Source of the DNA: Candidatus Thalassarchaeaceae archaeon
GTDB taxonomy: Archaea; Thermoplasmatota; Poseidoniia; Poseidoniales; Thalassarchaeaceae
NCBI GenBank assembly: GCA_030747675.1
Contig: JASLKH010000073.1
Span: 1 to 10,382 of the forward strand
Length of the DNA: 10,382 nt
Reading direction: 5' to 3'
This document shows positions 1 to 5,555 of this stretch, piece by piece (positions within the stretch are counted from its first letter, which is position 1; each line of letters begins with the position of its first letter). The position numbers and the translations under genes are program-made. The notes beneath the pieces are model-generated. The model was not told the origin of the DNA, did not search any database, and saw only the letters and a program-made list of their open reading frames with translations.

Positions 1-890
1 ATCTCTACCATAATGGCTACCGCAGCAGCGCTGTAGAGTACAATCAATACAATTCCAGCAAACCAAATGGGGTCGCTGAACAAACTGTTACTTGAGCCGA
101 TTTGTGTCAAAAATAATTGGCGAGATAAAAGAAATAGTAAACCAAATCCAACAACAGGTGCTAGGATATCATCAACCAATCGTTCCATTGGTTGCATTCT
201 ACGCTGTGATGTATCGGCAAACACCAATTCGCCATGACTTGCAGCCTTTACAATTACAATGATGCTAGTGAGAATCAGGAATAGAAGTACAGTGACTAAT
301 ATCCCAGCCCAAGTTGGCAGAGGCATATATGCTACAATAAGGAAACAGAATAACCCTAAGAATGCTGTAATAGGTAGCCTATGCATGTGTTTAACCATTG
401 CATCTTCTTCGCGAACCCCTTCTTCCAATCGATGAATCCCAATGATTCCCCAGTGCATGTAACGCATGATTAATTCCACAACTTTCGAGAGTAGTTTTTT
501 GTCAATTAAGATCCATTCTGCTGCCAATATCAATGGGAATAACAAGAGAAAGATAAGACCTCCAATTACCCCCACTAATGGTGAAAGAATCAGAACGGGT
601 AAGAGCATGAAATGTGGAAGTTTGAGGGGATGCAAAACATCCATTTCAATACGGCCTTGACGCCCAGTGTCAATCCCAGCGCGTTTGGCTTCATGATCCA
701 ATGCTAGTCGATAAGATGCAATCGGTTCACCTGAGTCTAAAACACGGCGAACAAAACTACGGTATTTGGCATGTTCTGGTTCATTACCAACACGATGTCC
801 CCACCAAAAACGCAAAGGTAAGGCCAAAATTACAGGTGTAAGCAAAATGCCAACTGCAACCATTAGGCCTGTGAAATCCTGCTCTGCCAC
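1..890 (-). CDS. Hypothetical polytopic membrane protein, 3'-truncated at the window edge (about 296 codons visible)
   Basis: Manual translation of the minus strand is stop-free from GTG at 890 to the left edge: (M)AEQDFTGLMVAVGILLTPVILALPLRFWWGHRVGNEPEHAKYRSFVRR...LLPVLILSPLVGVIGGLIFLLLFPLILAAEW...PITAFLGLFCFLIVAYMPLPTWAGILVTVLLFLILTSIIVIV...ILAPVVGFGLLFLLSRQLFL...IWFAGIVLIVLYSAAAVAIMVE. It has about 6-7 hydrophobic segments. An in-frame TAG (plus-strand 900-902) bounds it upstream, and an alternative ATG start lies at 863. It is absent from the ORF track because it runs off the edge. No family recognised. Confidence 0.8.
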   Translation of the reverse strand, partial: MAEQDFTGLMVAVGILLTPVILALPLRFWWGHRVGNEPEHAKYRSFVRRVLDSGEPIASYRLALDHEAKRAGIDTGRQGRIEMDVLHPLKLPHFMLLPVLILSPLVGVIGGLIFLLLFPLILAAEWILIDKKLLSKVVELIMRYMHWGIIGIHRLEEGVREEDAMVKHMHRLPITAFLGLFCFLIVAYMPLPTWAGILVTVLLFLILTSIIVIVKAASHGELVFADTSQRRMQPMERLVDDILAPVVGFGLLFLLSRQLFLTQIGSSNSLFSDPIWFAGIVLIVLYSAAAVAIMVE

Positions 891-913
891 GTAGATGCGC
901 TAATCCATTCTTT

Positions 914-921
914 CTTAATCG
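914..921 (-). promoter_or_regulatory. Putative archaeal TATA-like element (CGATTAAG) for the membrane protein gene
   Basis: GATTAA ends 24 nt upstream of the GTG at 890, the spacing expected for a leaderless or near-leaderless archaeal transcript. No SD is seen before the GTG. Inference only. Confidence 0.35.
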
Positions 922-978
922 AAACGGGTTGAATGTCGCATCTGAGTGTGATAATGCGAGTAGATTCAATTTGCGGGT

Positions 979-1575
979 TTAAGCCGTATTTTTGTAGTTC
1001 TCAGAAACAACTCTCCAATCCACTACGTTCCACCAAGCTGCAATATAATCTCCTCTCCCTGGCCCGAATTTCTTGTAGTATGCATGTTCCCAAACATCTA
1101 GTCCGAGAATAGGGTTACCACTTCCCTCCATCAAAGGATTATCTTGATTTGGAGTTGAGCAAATGCAGAGTCCCCCTCCATTGTCTACGCATAACCATGC
1201 CCAACCACTTCCAAATCTCGTCATTGCTGCATTGGCAAAATCTTGTTTCATTTTTTCAAAGGAACCGAAAGTTGCATCAATCGCTGCTCCGAGTTCTCCA
1301 CTGGGTTCACCACCACCATTTGGCGACATAGTTTCCCAGAAAAGACTGTGATTCCAATAACCTCCACCATTATTCCTTACAGATGCATTGCCATTATGGT
1401 TGGTTAGCAACTCCTCAATACTCATTCCAGACATTTCTGTTCCTTCAATTGCTGCGTTTAACTTAGCAGTGTAACCCGCATGATGCTTGCTATGATGTAT
1501 TTCCATTGTTAAAGCATCAAGATGCGGTTCAAGTGCATTGTATGCATATCCTAGTTTTGGTAGTTCAAATGTCAT
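979..1575 (-). CDS. sodA: Superoxide dismutase, Fe/Mn family, with Mn-type signature residues (198 aa)
   Basis: [18 protein letters not shown] start with a GGGAGA SD-like element at 1579-1584; the track start at 1668 is an upstream extension overlapping the next gene. Metal ligands lie in HHSKHH, NH(SLFW) and [10 protein letters not shown](E)IH, NNGGG and NQD match the Mn-type determinants. Also contains FGSGWAWL. Confidence 0.97.
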   Translation of the reverse strand: MTFELPKLGYAYNALEPHLDALTMEIHHSKHHAGYTAKLNAAIEGTEMSGMSIEELLTNHNGNASVRNNGGGYWNHSLFWETMSPNGGGEPSGELGAAIDATFGSFEKMKQDFANAAMTRFGSGWAWLCVDNGGGLCICSTPNQDNPLMEGSGNPILGLDVWEHAYYKKFGPGRGDYIAAWWNVVDWRVVSENYKNTA

Positions 1576-1666
1576 GGTTCTCCCAGCACATAGGAGGAAG
1601 TTATCGACTATCAATGTGCGTATTGAATAGCGAATATTGATGGGGTGTGAATTCTGGCTATCGTTC

Positions 1667-2623
1667 ATGGCGAGGATTGCTATAACTGATGGAATGGCTA
1701 CTGGTGCTGTCGAACGTTTGCGAAAGGCAGGTCACGATGTTGATGTCGAGCCAAACGCTCTCAATGGATTCGATGCGGTCGTCATTCGAAGTGCAACAAA
1801 AATGACTGAATCAGCAATCGCTGCTGCACCTTCTTTGAAACTCATTGGAAGAGCAGGTGTTGGAGTCGACAATATCGACTTGGATGCTGCTACAAAATCA
1901 GGGATATTGGTTTGTAACACACCAGCATCTTCGACGCATTCCGTAGTAGAGATGACCATCGCCCATTTGCTCGCTTCAATTCGTTTTTTACCGAAAGCTG
2001 ACCGTGACCTGAGGGATGGAAAATGGTCAAAAAAGTCGCTCAAGGGTTCAGAACTAGCAGGAAAGAGGCTGGGATTAATTGGCTTTGGAAGGATTGCACA
2101 GGGGGTTGGACGAGTTGCCCAAGCAATAGGCATGGAAGTACATGCTTATGACCCATATTTACCAGAGCATGTTGCTAGAGATCAAAATTGTCAACTACAT
2201 AGCAATGTAAAAGATGTATTTTCGATATGTACGCACATATCTGTCCATTGTAATTTAACTGACGAAACTCATCATCTAGTAAATGATGAGACTCTTCAAT
2301 TGATGCCAGGTGTTGGCGCTGATGGAATTGATTGCGGCAATCACTTGGTGAATTGCGCCAGGGGCGGTGTTGTCGATGAAATGGCTGCTCTTAAATCCCT
2401 AGAATCTGGACAATTGGCTTCCTGCGCTCTTGATGTGTTTGAAATTGAGCCCGTAGGGGATCATCCAATCATTCAACATCAATCATTCCATGGTACGCCG
2501 CATATTGGTGCTGCGACTAAAGAAGCCCAAGGGCGAATTGGAAATGAAATGGCAGATTTGTTAATTGGATTTTTCAGGGGGGAAACTCCTAATTCTGTAG
2601 TCAACCGCCAAGTCTTGAATTAG
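1667..2623 (+). CDS. serA: D-3-phosphoglycerate dehydrogenase-like D-isomer-specific 2-hydroxyacid dehydrogenase, short form without ACT domain (318 aa)
   Basis: Start MARIAITDG at 1667 (track start 1637 is an extension). Motifs: [15 protein letters not shown], Rossmann [12 protein letters not shown], catalytic Arg in NCARGG, Glu in DVFEIEP, His in TPHIGAAT. The family call is confident, but substrate specificity (3-PGA versus another 2-hydroxyacid) is less so. Confidence 0.78.
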   Translation: MARIAITDGMATGAVERLRKAGHDVDVEPNALNGFDAVVIRSATKMTESAIAAAPSLKLIGRAGVGVDNIDLDAATKSGILVCNTPASSTHSVVEMTIAHLLASIRFLPKADRDLRDGKWSKKSLKGSELAGKRLGLIGFGRIAQGVGRVAQAIGMEVHAYDPYLPEHVARDQNCQLHSNVKDVFSICTHISVHCNLTDETHHLVNDETLQLMPGVGADGIDCGNHLVNCARGGVVDEMAALKSLESGQLASCALDVFEIEPVGDHPIIQHQSFHGTPHIGAATKEAQGRIGNEMADLLIGFFRGETPNSVVNRQVLN

Positions 2624-2659
2624 CGAGAGTTCTTGAGCCATCTAGTTTCCAACTAATCC

Positions 2660-3769
2660 ATGGGCGAACGCATTCTCATTCATTGTGATTTGGATGCTTT
2701 TTTTGCATCTGTTGAAACTATTCACCAAAATTTGGATCCAACTCTGCCATTGATAATTGGCTCCGATCCCAAAAAGGGGTTGGGGCGAGGCATTGTATCG
2801 ACTTGCAACTATGCTGCTCGCGAATATGGTATCCGTTCAGCAATGCCAATTTCAGAAGCATGGAGGCGATGCCCAGGGTCGCCAGTCGGGAATGGTATTT
2901 ACTTACGGAGCAGATTCCGACTTTATCGAAGAGCATCTAAACGCGTCATGAGAATATTATATTCAAATGCCGATAAATTTGAACGTGCTAGTATCGATGA
3001 AGCATACCTAGATGTTACTGAAAGATGTGATGGAGATTGGGATAAAGCATTCTTACTCGCTCAAAAAATGCAAAGTGATATTTTGGATGATATTCAACTG
3101 TCTGCATCCTTTGGAATCGGACCTACGCGCATCATCGCTAAAATGGCTAGTGAACAACGTAAACCAGGTGGTATTTTCCTAGTTCCATCTGGTGGTTTTC
3201 AACAATTCTTTGAGCCACATCCTTGCAGAGCAGTCCCAGGTATTGGGAAAAAGGCCGCCCAATTATTGGGTGAAATGGGAGTTATGACTCTAAGCGATGC
3301 ATATGAAGAGGGTCCAGATTCTCTGATCCAATACCTAGGTCAGCGACGAGGAGAAAATCTGTGGGCTATATTGGAAGGTCGTTCATCAAACGAAGTATCG
3401 ACCCTTCGGACAAGGAAATCAATCAGTAAGGAAAAAACATTCCAGCATGATCAAAAAAATGTCGAAGTTGTATTTCATTCATTGGATACTTTAATCGAAA
3501 AAATAAGCAATAAGTTGCTACAATTAGAAATAACCGCTCGCAATGTTGAAGTGAAAATCAGATACAAAGGCTTTGAAACATTTACCCACGCAAGGTCATT
3601 ACCAGTATCGATGGATGATATTGATGTATTTCGCCGAATTGCAACTCGACTGCTTACAGAACTCTATGATGCGGACCGTCCAGTCCGATTAATTGGATTC
3701 AAGTTGGGTGATTTGGAAGCACCACCTAATCGGCAATCTACACTAGATAGGTTCCATGAAGAAGAGTAA
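2660..3769 (+). CDS. dinB: Y-family DNA polymerase IV (DinB/Dpo4-like), 369 aa
   Basis: Motif I HCDLDAFFASVE, STCNYAAREYGIRSAMP, motif III SIDEAYLD, AKMASEQRKPGG, HhH VPGIGKK, little-finger region RKSISKEKTF...VKIRY...VRLIG, and a C-terminal QSTLDRF clamp-binding-like motif. Confidence 0.96.
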   Translation: MGERILIHCDLDAFFASVETIHQNLDPTLPLIIGSDPKKGLGRGIVSTCNYAAREYGIRSAMPISEAWRRCPGSPVGNGIYLRSRFRLYRRASKRVMRILYSNADKFERASIDEAYLDVTERCDGDWDKAFLLAQKMQSDILDDIQLSASFGIGPTRIIAKMASEQRKPGGIFLVPSGGFQQFFEPHPCRAVPGIGKKAAQLLGEMGVMTLSDAYEEGPDSLIQYLGQRRGENLWAILEGRSSNEVSTLRTRKSISKEKTFQHDQKNVEVVFHSLDTLIEKISNKLLQLEITARNVEVKIRYKGFETFTHARSLPVSMDDIDVFRRIATRLLTELYDADRPVRLIGFKLGDLEAPPNRQSTLDRFHEEE

Positions 3770-3793
3770 ACCTATCAGTCGAATGCCCATTCG
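3746..3793. repeat. Two tandem inverted repeats at the dinB / SDR junction
   Basis: GATAGGTT (3746-3753) pairs with AACCTATC (3769-3776), a perfect 8 bp stem with a 15 nt loop containing most of the dinB stop. CGAATG (3780-3785)-CC-CATTCG (3788-3793) is a perfect palindrome ending 6 nt before the ATG at 3800. Confidence 0.5.
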
Positions 3794-3799
3794 GAAAAC

Positions 3800-4777
3800 A
3801 TGGAGACGCTTCGTTGCTATGTCACTGGTGGCAGTGGGCATCTTGGAGCGAATTTAGTACGTCAATTACTCCATTCGGGGCATGAAGTAAAATGTCTAGT
3901 CAGGAAGGATACTCGGGCTTTAGATGGCTTAGACGTTGAATTGTGTACAGGTAGTTTGCAATCATTAGATGAGATGGCATCAAACATGCGTGGAAATGAT
4001 GTTGTCATACATTCAGCAGGATTTGTTGCCGTCGAGAAATCAAACATTAATATTATGGAAAAAATAAATGTTGACGGGACTAGAATAATGGCGCAAGCCG
4101 CACTTCAAGAAAATGTTGACAAGTTCATTCACATTTCATCAGTCCATGCCTTTCAACAGCGCCCTACAAAAGAGACCTTGAATGAAAACCGCCCGTTAGT
4201 ATCATCAACCAAGGCTGCACCTTATGATCGAACAAAGGCAGCTGGACAGCGCGAGATATTGAATGCTGTTGGAAATGGCCTTGATGCAACGATATTACAC
4301 CCGACTGGTATTTTGGGGCCGTATGATTGGAAACCTAGTAGGATGGGTCAGGTATTACTCGATATTTCCAAAGGAAAAATGCCATTTTCCATCAATAATG
4401 GATTCAATTGGGTCGATGCCCGTGATGTAAGTACAACATGCATATCAGCCATTAATAAAGGGCGCTGTGGCCAAAATTATATTGTCCCTGGGTCGTGGAA
4501 TTCGATGAAGGAAATTGCAACTATGTGTGGCAAGAAACCAATACTAACTCTCCCCTTTTGGACAGCTTACCTTGCTCTTCCTTTCGCAGGTGTAAAATCA
4601 GTCATTACGAAAAAAAGACCCTCTGTTAGTCGCGGTTCACTTCACGCATTAGCAGTCCAATGTAGGGACATTCCGGGAACATTGGCGCGTGAAGAGTTGG
4701 GCCATTTTAATCGGCCATTATCTGAAACAATAAATGATTCAATTAGTTGGTTCAAGGCGCAGAATAGATTGGGGTGA
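3800..4777 (+). CDS. Extended SDR, NAD(P)-dependent epimerase/dehydratase family (dihydroflavonol-4-reductase / HpnA / 3beta-HSD-like), 325 aa
   Basis: N-terminal TGGSGHLG Rossmann motif (3824-3847), VIHSAG, INVDGT, HISS (catalytic Ser), YDRTK (YxxxK, 4223-4237), ILHPTGILGPYD, NWVDARDV and GRCGQNYI. Confidence 0.87.
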   Translation: METLRCYVTGGSGHLGANLVRQLLHSGHEVKCLVRKDTRALDGLDVELCTGSLQSLDEMASNMRGNDVVIHSAGFVAVEKSNINIMEKINVDGTRIMAQAALQENVDKFIHISSVHAFQQRPTKETLNENRPLVSSTKAAPYDRTKAAGQREILNAVGNGLDATILHPTGILGPYDWKPSRMGQVLLDISKGKMPFSINNGFNWVDARDVSTTCISAINKGRCGQNYIVPGSWNSMKEIATMCGKKPILTLPFWTAYLALPFAGVKSVITKKRPSVSRGSLHALAVQCRDIPGTLAREELGHFNRPLSETINDSISWFKAQNRLG

Positions 4778-4778
4778 A

Positions 4779-5555
4779 ATGTTGGGTATCGGAACTGAAC
4801 AATACAACATCGCCTTATGGATTTGGATAGCTATTGCTTCACTTACATTTCTTACTTTGATGTTTGTTCGTGCACCATACGGTCGCCATGAAAGGCCAGG
4901 TTGGGGTCCTAGGATTTCATCTCGCCTCGGTTGGATTATCATGGAGTCACCCAGCGTCATAGTAATGTCCATCTTTTTTGGTATATATGCAGTAAAATGG
5001 GGCACTACAGATTGGGTTGCAATCACATTTTTCATAATGTGGATTAGCCATTATTCCCATCGGAGTTTCATATGGCCAGTGAGGGCGAAAGTGGCACACA
5101 AAATGATGCCGTTGAGTATTGTATTATTTGCAATAATATTCAATGGAATCAATACATGGTTTAATGCGGAGTGGATTTACGCACTGAATCACCCATATCC
5201 AGAGTACTGGTTTTACGGTTGGAAATTCCGTGTAGGTGCATTAATTTTCATCTCTGGAATGATGATCAACATCACATCAGACAACATTCTTTTTTCACTG
5301 CGAAATGGTGAAAATAAAGGTTATAGTATACCCCATGAAGGATTACACAAATGGGTATCTTGCCCGAACTATTTAGGTGAAATTTTGCAATGGATAGGTT
5401 GGGCGATAGCAACATGGTCACTTGCTGGATTATCTTTCGCCCTATGGACGATTGCTAACCTCGCCCCTCGTGCACGAGCAAATCATATTTGGTATCACGA
5501 ACAATTCCCTGATTACCCGAAGAATAGGAAGGCACTGATTCCAGGTATTTACTGA
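4779..5555 (+). CDS. 3-oxo-5-alpha-steroid 4-dehydrogenase / steroid 5-alpha-reductase family protein (SRD5A1/2, DET2-like), 258 aa, integral membrane
   Basis: Start MLGIGTE at 4779, 1 nt after the SDR stop (GGGGTGA-A-ATG); the track start at 4734 is an extension. Motifs: APYGRH, WIIMESP (catalytic Glu), HYSHRS (catalytic Tyr), NG, INITSDNILFSLR, YSIP, VSCPNYLGEI, WAIATWS, NLAPRA..NH..Y and FPDYPKNRKALIP. Several hydrophobic helices. Confidence 0.92.
   Translation: MLGIGTEQYNIALWIWIAIASLTFLTLMFVRAPYGRHERPGWGPRISSRLGWIIMESPSVIVMSIFFGIYAVKWGTTDWVAITFFIMWISHYSHRSFIWPVRAKVAHKMMPLSIVLFAIIFNGINTWFNAEWIYALNHPYPEYWFYGWKFRVGALIFISGMMINITSDNILFSLRNGENKGYSIPHEGLHKWVSCPNYLGEILQWIGWAIATWSLAGLSFALWTIANLAPRARANHIWYHEQFPDYPKNRKALIPGIY

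Noticed and set aside
936-959. TCGCAT-N12-ATGCGA inverted repeat downstream of sodA
   Set aside because: Only 6 bp with a long loop and no U-tract, so it is not supportable as a terminator and is within chance expectation.
466-969. ORFs 466-660 (+) and 784-969 (-)
   Set aside because: They are antisense or out-of-frame overlaps of the real minus-strand membrane protein gene, with no independent support.
1591-1600. Strong SD-like AGGAGG on the plus strand
   Set aside because: It lies about 70 nt upstream of the supported SerA-like start, and no suitably spaced start codon opening a supported ORF follows it.
1576-1668. N-terminal extensions in the track for SOD (start 1668), SerA-like (1637), reductase (4734) and ValRS (8119)
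   Set aside because: Family homology begins at downstream Met codons (1575, 1667, 4779, 8029). Three of these have SD-like or coupling signals, and the extensions would create implausible overlaps or consume promoter space.
2643-2655. TAGTT-TCC-AACTA inverted repeat before dinB
   Set aside because: A 5 bp AT-rich stem, too weak to distinguish from chance.
1149-2951. ORFs 1149-1331, 1163-1351, 1732-2133, 2718-2936 and 2757-2951, plus 3862-4047 and 4739-5035 further right
   Set aside because: They are nested in or antisense to well-supported genes and have no motifs.
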